DNA of 64,000 bases from Octopus vulgaris (taxonomy: Eukaryota). The notes below the pieces were generated by a model. That model saw nothing but the letters and a program-made list of their open reading frames with translations, was not told the origin of the DNA and did not search any database. The position numbers were made by a program, and so were the translations under genes. Shown one piece after another: positions 49,551 through 62,978 of this stretch (positions are counted from its first letter, which is position 1; every line of letters starts with the position of its first letter). The stretch spans positions 162,874,001-162,938,000 of the forward strand of contig OX597817.1 in the NCBI GenBank assembly GCA_951406725.2. The letters are read 5' to 3'.

Positions 49551-50899
49551 ATAGTGATAGGACAGCAACCGAAAATATCCATTAATCAAGCAACAGCTTG
49601 GCTTGTTACTATGGAAACAGATACCAATGTACCTGTGACTTTTCATTGGCTAAAATTACCAAAAAATTTGCAAACTTCAAAAGCTATAAACTTTTTGTAT
49701 CTAAAGAACAAATTGTTATTGTCTTGTCATTCTGCATTTATCAAATTTGAGAACAATTAGAACAAAATTTTAAAAAATAGAAAACTGTGACAGCAACAGA
49801 AAAGATCCCTCATTTCATTTCACTTAATGAACTTACAAAAGTTAGCCTTGTATCTAAAGAACAAATTGTTATTGTCTTGTCATTCTGCATTTATCCAAGT
49901 GAAGCCATAGTATATGTGATCTCATATATTTATAAACTTCATTCAATAGCCAAACTGTTACATTGAACTAGTAACCACCTTAAATAAACGTAATCATTAT
50001 ATAAAACATGCAGTCACTACTAACAACATTAGAAAAATTATTACTTTCACATCTCCTGCAAATGAATTGTTTTGATTCCTTTCATTCTTTTATATTTTAT
50101 TATCTTTTACCTGTTTCTGTCATTGGACTGCTACCATGAGGGGCCACTACCGCCATGCTGGGGCACTGCCTTGAAGGTTTTAGTCAAACAAATCAACTCC
50201 AGGACTTATTTTTTTAAAGCCTGGTACTTATTCTGTCAGTCTCTTTTGCTGAACCGCTAAGTTGTGGAGATGTTGTCAAGTGATGGTGGGGGGACAAACA
50301 GACAGACACACACACACAACAGGGCTTCTTTCAGTTTCCATCTACCAAATCCACTCACAAGGCTTTGGTTGGTCTGAGGCTATAGGCTATAGTAGAAGAC
50401 GCATGCCTAAGGTGCCATGCAGTAGGGTTGAACCTGGGACCATGTGGTTAGAAAGTAAGCTTCTTACCACACAGTCACCCCTGCACCATTATCCAATAAC
50501 TGCACTTAATACCATTGATTACCATTTGCAGTGTTTGTTCCCGTATCAGTTATTAATAGATTCATTCCAAGCTTCAGAGACTGAATCTACATTATGTTCA
50601 CTTTCAATATTTATGGCAGGTATTGTTTTATTTGATCTGTATCAACTGGTTTATTCTGTTCACCTTTAAGAATCACAGCTGTGTTATTTCCTACTTGACA
50701 TATAAATTCAACTTCTTTTGGTTCTTCTGCATTGATATCAAACTAGAGCTGCAACCTTCATAAGACATTCTTAGTGGTTATCATATTTGTTTACCCATTG
50801 AAGCAGATGAACTAAGAAGTCGTCGTGCACAAAAGGTTGTCTGATAACTCAAAAAACATGCAACATGAATATTGTACTAATAGAACCTTTACTTTATGA

Positions 50900-51160
50900 A
50901 TCATCATCATCATCATCATCATTTAATGTTTGCTTTCCATGGGTTGGACGATTTGACTGAGGTCTGGTGAACCAGATGGCTGCTCCAATCTTGATCTGGC
51001 AGAGTTTCTACAGCTGGATGCCCTTCCTAATGCCAACCACTCCGAGAGTGTAGTGGGTGCTTTTCATGCCACTGGCATGAGGGCCAGTCCAGCGGCACTG
51101 GCGACGACCTCGCTTGAATGTTTTTTCACATGCCACCGGCACATGTACCAGTAAGGCGAT
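50900..51160 (-). mobile_element. Repeat family B
   Basis: Family B core. Confidence 0.75.
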
Positions 51161-51197
51161 GCTTTTAAATCCATTTTTTTACTTATTTTTCAATAAC

Positions 51198-51701
51198 TTT
51201 ACCTTTTAGTATTCAAACCAACCATATCAAGCCCAAATATTCTATGTGTTTTGTGTTCAAACTGACTAGATCAGACCTCTCACAGCTATCCTGCAATATC
51301 ATTCTGAAAGAAACAAATGCATCATTATAATCTCAAAGCTACAAGATAATGCATGATTAATTCAAAATAATGTGAATAAATACACATTATAAAAAAAAAA
51401 TAAATGCGCCCTTTTTTTTAAAGCCTAGCCAGGCTCATGGGCCTGGTTTCCCGGTTTCCATGGCGTATGTGTTCCCAAGCTGGACGGGACGCCAGTCCAT
51501 CACAGCGTTACTCATTTTTGCCAGCTGAGTGGACTGGAGCAACGTGAAATGAAGTGTTTTGCCCAAGAACACAATGCGTCACCCGGTCCAGGAATCGAAA
51601 CCACAATCTTACGACCATGATGCTGACACCCTAACCACTAAGCCACGCGCCTCCACAAATACACATTATATTTGACAATAATCTGAATACTAAAGGGTTA
51701 A
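51198..51701 (+). mobile_element. piggyBac-type MITE with nested SINE D (51391-51657, minus)
   Basis: Ends ctaaagggttaa; TSD aaatacacattat around the SINE. Confidence 0.7.
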
Positions 51702-51889
51702 ATGACTTTTGAATGCAATTATTGCTCTGATTATTATTATTAAAAATTCTTTTTAATTTGCCCAATGAAACATGGTTAATTGACAGTATCCAATCTTATA
51801 TTTTTACATTATGTCAATTTTTTCAAGATGATTGAAAGAATCATCATCATTATCATCATCATGGTGTTCATTCCAACCAACATTTTCAA

Positions 51890-52830
51890 TAAATTCTAAC
51901 TGTGATAATGCATTAACATGTGGTATTTGAAAGCCCTTTATATATTTCATAATTGGATTCTGTTATTTGTCCGGTCCATCTTAAAGTATGCACAGGTGTT
52001 ACTTTTGGTAAACAGCAAATTTTGTTAAAAATAAATTCTAATAGCCCATAATACGAAAAAACAAAAAACAAGCAGAAAATTCTCTACTCTTCAAATATAC
52101 CATACAATCTCCATGGCTTCCCTTTCCAAATTTTAGTATCTCTTTTCTTGTTTCAGTTGTGGTTAGTACTGGATGTCTGTTTTGTGAAAGTATTCTTGAT
52201 AAAATCTTTTCACTTGCATTACTCTTTAAAGTAATTTCTTATGTAACAGCATTAATCTGGACAACTGGCTCTGATACCAACACCAGTTTTATATGCTCAA
52301 ATGCTCTTTACTATTGGACTTGCAACCAAAATGAGAAACCTTGTATAAGAAGTGATGCAAGTAGTGATATGCAGTCTGGATAAGGATCACTGTATCTTCA
52401 ACAGAAATTGAGGAGCCCAAGAAAGATTCTGATTGCTTCATTTTTTCTTTTGTAGTTTTTACATTCATAATTCTTTTCTGGCCACCTAGAATGTACATCA
52501 GCAAGTATTAAGAATAGTCCTGAATAAGCATGATCCTTAGACACACACACATTTATAATTTTTTTAGACCATGTCTGTGCTGTGAAGTAATTCCGTTTCA
52601 AATCTAGAACATGCTGGATGTTTAAATATCATTCCACCTCTTCACAGTAAGCTGGTCACCATGCTTCGAATTTCAACCAATTCCTTGTTACTTTTGTTCC
52701 ACAATGTACATCATCATGTATACCTTTCATCATTAATTTTCTCAAGTAGATTAGTAGAACGATTCATTCTTCATTACAGACAATATCATCTTCAAATGAT
52801 TTCTACCTAGCGATTATTCATCAGGTTGTT
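51890..52830 (-). mobile_element. Decayed Ty3/Gypsy pol fragments (integrase and RNase H)
   Basis: Minus strand: HDDVHCGTKVTRNWLKFEAW*P, DHAYSGLFLILADVHSRWPE, RAFEHIKLVLVSEPV, LEFIFN...LPKVT...LRW...IPHVNALSQLEF. Confidence 0.65.
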
Positions 52831-54602
52831 GCCAATAATCCATTTCATTTTCTCTATCACAATAATCATAGCTGGCAGCAAACATTATCTCAGGATAACC
52901 TAAAGAATCATCTTGAAATGGCCGTGTTTTGATTCCAGATTTACTTTCTAGTTTGATGCATAAAATATTCATTTGGTCATTGCCAACTTTTAACGATTCT
53001 AAAACTGCCAGAACAACAATTTATGACAAGAAATTGTATCTTCTTTTACAAATTACATAATGATTAAGTAAGATAACTCTGATTGTCTTGATTCAGTTTT
53101 AATCCATGTGAAAGACCTGTCCACCTTAAAAGATGGGTCTTTTAGATAAACCTCTTTTGAATCCAACTTAACAGAATAAACCATGTCAGAAAGTAAGGTA
53201 ACTGAAGTAATAGTGCTAAATTGAACACCTTGTCGTATTTATTTATATTCTGAGCTCAGGTCCTACTAGGATCCAATTTCCTCTCCAACCGTCCAGGGTT
53301 GATAAAATAAATACTTGGCATATAATACATTCATAAACTACAAATATATGGAGTTTAGGACATCTGTGGTTTCATTGTGCCTGGTCAAATGAATAGCATA
53401 CAACCAACAATAAGTACAGAAGACAAGTGTCTGTTACAATCTGACCAAGTCCACATTTTACTCAGATTCCATGTAGTGGAGAGAGTGCAGTATGTCCAGA
53501 TGATCATACTGCATCCCATGCTTTTACATTAGAAGATTACTTGTCAAACTATGTAGTATGGTCTCCATTTAGGCAAAGACGTGGTATAAGAGAAGCTGGA
53601 TAGGTGGGACACACCTCGTTGTTTGGTTGACTACCAGCATATCGAAGGACTGATGAATCCAGGTTGACAACAAAAGCCAGGAAAGAGGCCTCATGATAAT
53701 GTTTCTCTTGAATTATTTCTGACTAGTTTTCTCATTTTTCTCTCACACATTTTTTTAAGTGTAGCACGGAATTTTATCTGAACAGGTCGTGGTCTGAAAG
53801 CGACAAAAATATTTTGACAAATTAAATTTAGATGTTGAAGTGAATCTAAATGGTTTATAAACACCTTTCACGCTGCAATTGTTTTCGTTCCAGCACACAA
53901 TCTCAGATCATGTCACTTGCTATGCAAGTACATCTCCGTAATATTTTTAACTAGTTTCCTCATTTTTCTCTCACTCATATTTTTTTAAGTGTTCATAGCT
54001 CCTTATAGAATTACTTATTTTTTCTTTATATTTGTTTGAGTCCTTGGATGGCAGTCATTATATAATTCGTTTTTGTATAAACTTATCCAGCTTGGTTGAT
54101 TATCAGTTAATATGAGGCGAGCTGGCAGAATTGTTAGCATGCTAGATGAAATGCTTAGCGGCATTTCATCTGCTTTTACATTCTGAGTTCAAATTCCGCT
54201 AAGGTTGACTTTGCTTTTCATCCTTCCAGGGTTGATAAAACAAGTATCATTTGAATACTAGGGTCAATGTAATTGACCTTCCCCTCCCTTGAAATTGCTG
54301 GCCTTGTGTCAAAATTTGAAACCAATTAATATGAGGTGAATATTATACAACACTTAATAGAGTGTATCAATTAATTCTATATTAGAATTATTTTATTTGC
54401 AGCCTTGAATAATGATGATGGCAATAGTAATGATAATAATCACATACACACAGCTATCAAATATTTAAATAGTTCACTAAATGCTCTTGTGAAATATAAT
54501 TCTACAGAGTATAAACTAAATGTTGAATTTACTTTGTGAGTGTGTGTGTGTATGCTCATTTATTTGTAAAAATTCTTACTGCATTTTAATAAAATATTTA
54601 CA

Positions 54603-54905
54603 TTTTGTTGTCTGGGGAGAGTCATTTTCTTTGTGTGCCTTATAATATAACACACTCACCGGTAAAATTTCCACTTTTTTTCTTATTTTTATTGTCCTAA
54701 AATTTTCGTTGCGTCTTGTAACCCTTTCAATAGTTTCAATGAAAATTTTAGGACAATAAAAATAAGAAAAAAGTGGAAATTTTACCGGTGAGTGTGTTAT
54801 ATTATAAGGCGCAAAAAGAAAATGACTTTCCCCAGACAACAGAATATGTTTCAACACACGAACTCATATAAAGAATCTTGCAAACAAAATCCAAAAACGA
54901 AATAT
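54603..54905. repeat. Foldback family P
   Basis: Inverted arms about 54603-54710 and 54738-54845; same family as 35340. Confidence 0.85.
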
Positions 54906-57204
54906 TTACATTTTCTTTTTTAAAAATCATTTAAGTCATGCTAGCTAATTAACAAGTGTAATAATGATGTAAATAAAAATCCTTTCATAACTTACTTAAA
55001 TACGTATCAATGCTATATTGATATCTGATTAACTCAGGTCCTATATGTATTTTATTATTTTCAGATACTTTTTATTTGTCAATGTCCCATTGAATTAATT
55101 ATGAATCTGTTAAAAAAAAAATTTTTTGTAATATAAAAAAAAAGAAATATAATTTATTATATAACCCAATAAAATGATTGATTTAATGTGGTGTCATTTT
55201 TATTATTTAATGTTGACTCCTGACTGTTTACTAGGGACAAGCGAGTTAAGTGTTTGAGGTATGGATATGGTACAACGTTAAGTGAAGAGATAGAAATATG
55301 GATTGACTCTTCAGCTAGTTTGATAACACTACAATGTTGGCCAGCTGTGAATCTACTGATAAATAAGTATCATTCTTTTCTCACTTAGTTAGACACAATG
55401 GCAATAAAGAAAAACAATATAGTAACATCATTATGAGATGATATTCAACAAACAATGAGAACTTTATTTCTCATTGACCCAGTAAGATTAACTACAGAAA
55501 TGTCAAGGCCACTCCATTGGCATATCTCCGGTGGTTTAAAAAGCTTGCTTCACACCGTGTGGTTTCTGGCTCAAGTTCATTGTATGTCATCTTGAGCTAG
55601 TGTTTTGTGCTATAGCCATGACTATCCTAACCACATGGCTCCAGGTTCAGTCCCACTGAGTGGCACTTTGGGTAAATGTCTTCTACTATAGCCTCAGGCC
55701 AACCAAAGCCTTGTAAATGGATTTGGTACATGGAAACTGAAAGAAACCATTGTGTGTGTGTGTGTTTGTCTCCCACTACCACTTGACAACTGGTGTTGGT
55801 TTGTTTATGTCCATGTGACTTTGTGGTTTGGAATAGAAACCAATAAAATAAATAAGAGACTAAAAAAAAGTGCTGGAGTTGATTTGTTCAACTAAACTCT
55901 TCGAAGTGGTACCCCAGCATCGCCACAGTCCAATGACTGAACGAGTAAGATAAAAAATATGTATGTCTGTCTGTGTATACCCATTTGCTTTGAGATCACT
56001 GAATGGTTCTAAGAATGTGCTGCTATCATACAAGCAATGCTGTTGGCTTCCACTCTACCATGAAAATTGTGTCTGACTATGGGGAAACATTACCTTGCAT
56101 GGGAACAGGTTAGGGTTACCAACATGAAGGTTATACAACTAGAAAATCTGCTTCAATGAATTCTGTCTAATGTTAAAATGACAATACTTTAAGCAGTCCA
56201 ATAAAAGAAAACCTCTCTCTCCTAACAGTGGATAATGAATTCTGCCAATCAGATTTTACTGACTGTACCCTAACCCTTATTTCACCACTCATCAGATGCC
56301 CTTCTTCCTTAAAGGCTTTACTGAATATTATACATATGCAATCTTTCAGTATAAAGTCTAACATGGTATAGGATTCTTTCCCTTTAGTATTCTTGAATGA
56401 CTAAAACTTTTCTAACACTGCTGTCTCCAACTGAGAAGATTAATGACAATTTCTGTCAAAAGCAACTTGCCCAAACTTGCCATCAAGTTTAACATTACTT
56501 CCTGGCTCTTGGTGCCTTTATCAAAGTTTACTCCGTTGTATGTATTCAGGCCAAGTTTGGAGATAATAATACATCTTCAGTTTACACTTTTATTTACATA
56601 CTAGTGGGAAAGGTTTCTCATGTTGGATCTGCCCTAAAGCTGCAGTACATGATAGTATGAGACCTGCACTGTAACTATGGTACGTGATTGTATGAGAGTT
56701 GCTCTACAGCTGTGGTACATAATAGTATGACAGCTACCCTACATCTGGTGCATAATCTTGCAATCTCTTTTGTCACAGCTATAAGCATTAGACTTCAACT
56801 GGCTCATTCAAACCAGTAACTTAGAAATTGGCTACTCACCAGTACACTCCAACCCCTGGCTGACACATGCTATGTCCTCTATCTCTCTCTCTCTGCCTTT
56901 TCTGTCAAGGTGGCCTCTGCTCATTGGAGATGGCTGGTCTCATGCCACCTTTAATCCAGCACACCTCTCCTCCTTGCATCACCTATATAGTGTCTACCAC
57001 CAAGTCCATGCTCTAATCTCTTTGCTTCAGGGATTCTCTTCATGTCAATGTTTTCCCTGGTTATGACCTTCACTCTTCAAAAGGAACATTCACTGACTTG
57101 ACTCACTCATCTAGGACAGCCTACAAAAGTCATGGGCACAGCTCTTCCTCTAGAGTAATTCACATAAAAAATAAATAAAAGCCCTCACATGAATTCATGT
57201 TATA

Positions 57205-57694
57205 CCGTAAATCCTCGAGTATAATCCGCATTTTTCCCCCAAAATTTAATGGTCAAAATCCCTAGTGTGTATTATACACGAGGTTAAAAATGAAAATTAT
57301 TTTCTAAGTAATGTCCAAGTCTCTATTTGCTGTCTGGCAATGTTTATTCAGACGCATTTTGTGATGTCGGGCACGAAAATACCTAAAGCCTGAAAGCAAT
57401 GAAGTCATAAAAGAATCATCCATAACTTGCAGTAAGCAACGTTTATTAAACGTTATTACTGTTACTTCTTTATTTTCTGCAAACAAAATGCACAAAAAAG
57501 CTACACGTTTGCATTATGTTATATGTACAATAATAATAAAGGACGTTACCGTATACATTTTAACAAACCAAGGACGTTATATAGACCTCCTTGACTCAAG
57601 TTAGAGAAGGGGTGCGTATTATACACAAGGTTTAGGGTTTTCAGAAGTACAGCCCCCTAAAAATCCCCTGCGTATTATACTCAAGGATTTTCGG
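57205..57694. mobile_element. Tc1/pogo-type MITE
   Basis: TA|CCGTAAATCCTCGAGTATAA...TTATACTCAAGGATTTTCGG|TA. Confidence 0.75.
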
Positions 57695-58138
57695 TATATA
57701 ACAGCAATTTATTGTCCACAGATATTAAAATAGCATGCAAGTGCTGAGGATTAGTTGGGCAGCCCATAGGACATAGAATTCATTTCTGGAGGAGATGGAA
57801 GCAGAATGTTAATGATGGTAATAATGAAAACTGCAATATTTTTGCCATGTGCCCAGAATCTTTGTACTCACATCTTTGGGAGCAATGGGTTTGTAGGGGA
57901 TGAAGATGAAGCGACGAGTGGTGGCTGTGTCTCAGGCTCCAAACTCTCAGCCATTAGGATCAGTATATATATTTATTCATTCATTGGTCACGATTCTTCC
58001 TTCTTCCTGGTACCAAAATAATTTAACCTTCTTCAGAACTGGGATAATGTCTTAGAAAAAAAAAAGGAGTTTATTCACTCACTTCTCCATTGATATTTAT
58101 GGTTCTTGCTCCATTGTTGACTCCAACCGCTATCACTC

Positions 58139-58500
58139 TTATCAAATACTAAATATGATAGGCGTAGGAGTGGCTGTGTGGTAAGTAGCTTGCTTATGAA
58201 CCACATGGTTCCAGGTTCAGTCCCATTGCGGGGGCACCTTGGGCAAGTGTCTTCTACTATAGTCTCGGGCTGACCAAAGCCTTGTGAGTGGATTTGGTAG
58301 ACGGAAACTGAAAGAAACCCGTCGTATATATGTATGTGTGTCTGTGTTTGTCTCCCCCCCCATCATTGATATGTTCGGCAAAACAGACCGATAGAATAAG
58401 TACTAGGCTTACAAAGAATAAGTCCTGGGATCGATTTGCTTGACTAAAGGCGGTGCTCCTGCACGGCCACAGTCAAATGACTGAAACAAGTAAAAGAGTA
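58139..58500 (+). mobile_element. SINE family A
   Basis: Full head and tail with an internal deletion. Confidence 0.85.
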
Positions 58501-59270
58501 TTGGAAAGAAAAAAACAAGTACTTAAGTTGTCTTAAAACAGACGACATACATCACTGCCACAATATAATGAAACAAAAATATGCCCGGAGTTATTCCCCT
58601 TCTCCAAAATATTTTAAATAATATTCACTGAGCTTACTGTAGTCTTTTCCTTAGTTAATATGCATTTTTACATACATTTTTGATGCTTACAACATGAGGT
58701 ATGTGAACGTTAATTTTAATATTGTTTCTTGTGAGAATAGTGTCTGTCATGTTTTTAATTAAGTAACATAAAGCTGAGATGGATAAATGAGTATATGTTT
58801 CTACAAGAACAGCAAATATACAATTTTTGTGCTATAGTCCATAAGTAATATTTCATAAAGAACACCTAAAGAGGGTATTTAATAGAAATTCAAGTTTCGT
58901 AGAAGGCGATGCAATATATTTTTAGACCCTCTAAAGTACAGATAAGTAGGCACAAGGCCTGAAACTTTGGGAGACGGGATAGTCGATTACATTGACCCTA
59001 GTATGTAACTGGTACTTATTTCATTGACCCCGAAAGGATGAAAGGCAAAGTGGATCCTGGCAGAATTTGAACTGAGAACTCAGTGGCAGACAAAATACTA
59101 AACATTTCTCCTGGCATGCTAACGATTCTGCCAGCTCACCTTATATCTATCTATCTATATATATATATATATATATGTCAGCCACTAACACATAGATAAG
59201 AACAGATAAACATGAAACTCATAGAGCTAACTTCTCTGCTCTATTTGTAAGTTTCTATTATTCTTTTCTC

Positions 59271-59341
59271 TGCACTGATGAGTACTATAATTTCTAAATT
59301 CAAATATGAATTTATATCTATGTATGAAACAATTGTATGCA
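59271..59341 (+). ncRNA. Minimal type-I hammerhead ribozyme motif (Penelope-like)
   Basis: TGCA-CTGATGA-GTAC...GTAT-GAAAC-AATT-GTA^TGCA: stems I, II and III present, palindromic stem III, AATAAA just downstream. Confidence 0.7.
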
Positions 59342-59562
59342 TGAATAAACTTCTTACAACTTTTTAGCATCTTACCTCCTCCATTTTTGACAAATTATAT
59401 ATATATAAATATATGTATTACCCGCAATGTATAACATTAAATATCCATCACGGCTGGTCTTACCATAAGAACACAAATGGGTTAAAGGTTCACTGCAGCT
59501 GTTTCAGATGTGTTTTTTTATTGATGAATAATTTGATTACATCATGAACAAAAATAAACATT

Positions 59563-59872
59563 ATTTACATTCGATGGATATTTGTCCTCATCTTGTTTGT
59601 TAACACAACGTTTCGGCTGATATACCCTCCAGCCTTCTTCAGGTGTCTTGGGGAAATTTCGAACGTGGGTTCTCATTCCTAAGGTATTTTTCGATGTTAT
59701 TACTATTATTATTATTCTTGTTGTTGTTGTTGTTATTGTTCAGATCACTGCTTGGAATCAAACTTGGAATCTTGGAGGGTATATCAGCCAAAATGTTGTG
59801 TTAACAACAAACAAGATGAGGACAAATATTTCTCAAATGTAAATAATTCCTCATCTCTTAAATATAGAACTG
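59563..59872. mobile_element. Penelope-like terminal-repeat fragment with inverted partial copy
   Basis: 59561-59631 is inverted at 59774-59846; flanked by 13-bp direct repeat AAAAATAAACATT; contains a hammerhead motif. Confidence 0.6.
59602..59647 (-). ncRNA. Minimal type-I hammerhead ribozyme motif (Penelope-like)
   Basis: Minus strand reads GACAC-CTGAAGA-A-GGCTG(10 nt)CAGCC-GAAAC-GTT^GTGTT; loopless palindromic stem III AACGTT. Confidence 0.72.
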
Positions 59873-60295
59873 AAAAATAAACATTTTCTTCAGATGAATT
59901 AAAAATAAAAAATTTGCTTTGGAGAAAAAAATACCAAGATGTGGAATGTGTAGTGATCCTCACATTTTGGCATCACTGATGTGAGTAACTCTCTACATAT
60001 CAGTACCACCTAGTGAAGCGAACATGGAATTACTCATTGGAAGAATTTACAGCATGATTGACAACTCCTAGTGGTTATAGACGTTCAATATCAATCAATG
60101 GTGTCTTGTTCAGAGGAATGTTGTGACCTTCATCATTAATATGCCATTGGAACTGTGTAATCAGCCTTCTGAGTCCTAGGGCTCAGCAAATATAAAAATA
60201 AAATTCCAAAATCTATAGGAATTGTTGCTAAGAAATAGTCAAAGGCATAATATTGTATCTTTAAATATGAACTAAGAGTTATGGTAAGTCAAAAG

Positions 60296-60517
60296 CTGGC
60301 AAAAACGTTAGCATGCTGGGCGAAATGCTCAGGGGTATTTTGTCTGCCGCTACGTTCTGAGTTCAAATTCTGCTGAGGTCAACTTTGCCTTTCATCCTTT
60401 CGAGGTTGATTAAGTAAGTACCAGTTACGCACTGGGGTCGATATAATCGACTTAATCCGTTTGTCTGTCCTTGTTTGTCCTCTCTGTGTTTAGCCCCTTG
60501 TGGGTAGTAAAGAAATA
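60296..60517 (+). mobile_element. SINE family M
   Basis: 13-bp TSD ggtaagtcaaaag. Confidence 0.85.
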
Positions 60518-60587
60518 GGTAAGTCAAAAGATTTGTTACAGTAAGATGTTGCAAGAATGTAAGACTATCAACTGGAAGTTTGCAGTA

Positions 60588-60810
60588 ACCCTTTCATTAC
60601 CAACCTGGCTGAAACCGGTTCTGGCCCTGTTGTACAAATGTCTTGTTTTCATAAGTTTTGAATTAAAATCTTCCACCAAACCTTAGTCACAATTTATGTT
60701 CCTAACACTAGTTGAATGATAACTAAGTTATTTTACTAAATTCTTTGTTATATTTAAAGTAATTGAAAGAAACACAGAGCATCTCAAAATAAATACAGTA
60801 ACGAAAGGGT
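60588..60810. mobile_element. Second piggyBac-type MITE family
   Basis: taa-CCCTTTCATTAC...GTAACGAAAGGG-ttga. Confidence 0.65.
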
Positions 60811-61149
60811 TGAACACATAAACTGTACATGGAAGCATAAAAAGTTGGTAGTTCCATCAAAGTTGTAAATGTTTCTCTTAGGATGATCTGGAGTTAATCT
60901 CGGAGTGAAAGTAAATAAGCAATATACTCACATTGTTAATACTTAAATGAGCTAAGGAGTGATTACTAAGTAAATGTCTCTCCTAAAAGATATCATATCA
61001 CCTGTGAAATTCTTTACATAGTAGTTGCAAAACTACTAAAAGGAGAATCACTGGGGAAAGACCTGATTGTTGGATACAAGTATGGGAAACTTCTACGTAC
61101 AATATAAACTATGCAATATAAACTATGCATAATCTCAGAGAACGTTGGA

Positions 61150-61835
61150 CAAAACAAGAAGGCTGAGGGTGTCTTGGCATCACTCACTAAGTCCTTTGTG
61201 AGCCGCTCTCCAGCTATCTATCTAAGGCTTTATATAGCTATGGTGCGGCCTCACCTGGAACTTGCATCACCGGTCTGGAACCCTTATCTTGCCCAGGATA
61301 TTAATCGTCTGGAAACTGTTCAGCGACGTGCAACCAAAAGAATACCCTCCATCAAGCATTTGCCATATTCCGAATGCCTTACTTCCCTGGGCATGGATAC
61401 ATTGAAACTCCGATGTCTGGCAGCTGACTTGGAAGACACCCATAAAATTATTAACCATCTTACTAACAATAACTCTGAGCACCGTTTCAAACTCCACCCA
61501 TCTAACACCCGTGGACATGTTTACAAAGTCAGAAAACAGCACAGCTCCCATGACTTTCGGAAACATTCTTTCACGCTAAGAGTTGCTGAAGCATGGAACA
61601 AACTGCCGGCATCAGTTGTTAGTTGTCGGAACACTGCATCCTTCAAAACTTCCATGCTTCCTGAGATTCGCCAACCCTACACCTGATTTTCTCCCCTCCA
61701 TACACACGCAAGCATGTATCTGACTCATACACTGTTCACTTCCCAGACATTTGTACATTACTGCATATGCTTTATACTCACTTTTGACAAGTTGTGGTGC
61801 ACCTGAGCACTGTATACAATAATTTCATTATATTA
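61150..61835 (+). mobile_element. CR1/L2-type LINE 3' fragment
   Basis: LYIAMVRPHLELASPVWNP, LETVQRRATK, TRGH, FTLRVAEAWNKLP (ORF 61111-61686) followed by a 3'UTR. Confidence 0.9.
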
Positions 61836-62844
61836 TGTAATCTTTAATATACAGATATTGCTCAAAATGATAACATGCAACTAAAATGGATTGACTTATT
61901 CAAAAATACTATGCAAAGATAGTGGATAATTTGATAGTCATTGGATGCAAAGTGAGTAATGAATTAAAAATTAAGAATGCTCACAGTTAGAAGACTTTTA
62001 TCATGGACCTATAGACCTGTGAAATAAAAGCTGACTTGATGTTAAACAACGTTTTAAGTCTGTGAGAGTCTGTCATTTACTCACTAGGTAGAGGTATTTC
62101 TCGATTAATTATCTTACTCCTACGCAAAAAACAAACACAAAAAAAAACTAAATACTTTCTAGATAACTGTTATTCGCTATCTTTAAGCACTAGTTATTTT
62201 ATTAACAAAATTAAATAATCTAAAATTATACCTAAAACTATAAGAAAATCTTATAACTAAGAATTATAACAGGTACACCATTAATCATGAGTTCAAAAAG
62301 CCTAAAGCAAAAATAGTAAGCTTTGTTTTCCATGTATTCTAGATTAGAATGAAAAATACAATTTAAAAAGCCCGCTTTTTGCATATAAGGGAAAATTTTT
62401 GGAACTATCCAAAGTGAAGAGGAGTGGATAACTCTGTTACGAAACAACCGTGGCACTTACTGATTTAATTAAGATTAATTTTAATATTTACGCACTTTGG
62501 GCTTCTTAAAAAATTCTTGTATTCACTAAATTGTATCCTTTACTTTAAACATGAATTTATTTCTCAAATTTTCACAAGGTTAAAAAGAACTTCATTTTGC
62601 TTTGTTTTGTATTCTTTTGAACAAAGCTGTCTAATAAATACCTGTTAATGAAATAAATTATTGGGCAATATATATGTGAAGGGCAATTAAGAACTTGTAT
62701 TTCACTGATACCAGGTATTTCGGGCTTAAGATTAATATTTTTGGAGGTAAACGACAATAAATTTTGCTTCAGAAAATATCAAAAGAAATAGCTCGAAAAT
62801 ATTTTCGCAAACGATTGAGAAATATATTTCCCATCAAAGTTATT

Positions 62845-62948
62845 AATACCCCGTTCTCATGTCCTTAACCGCAACTACGGAACGACTACCCTGGCGCACT
62901 TGCGGCCTTCACGTGATTTGAAGGTCAATCTTAGCAAAAAGCTGCAGC
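62845..62948 (+). promoter_or_regulatory. Candidate promoter/5'UTR of the downstream gene
   Basis: CpG-enriched non-repetitive patch with palindromic TCACGTGA E-box at 62909-62916. Confidence 0.4.
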
Positions 62949-62978
62949 ATGGCGGCGGTAGCAGCAGAAAGTACATTG
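62949..62978 (+). CDS. Putative first coding exon of an unidentified downstream gene (MAAVAAESTL)
   Basis: ATGGCGGCG start in a locally CpG-rich patch; donor TTG|gtaagt. Confidence 0.6.

Noticed and set aside
61111-61686. Host protein-coding gene
   Set aside because: C-terminal part of a CR1/L2 ORF2; a second fragment is at 3211-3420.
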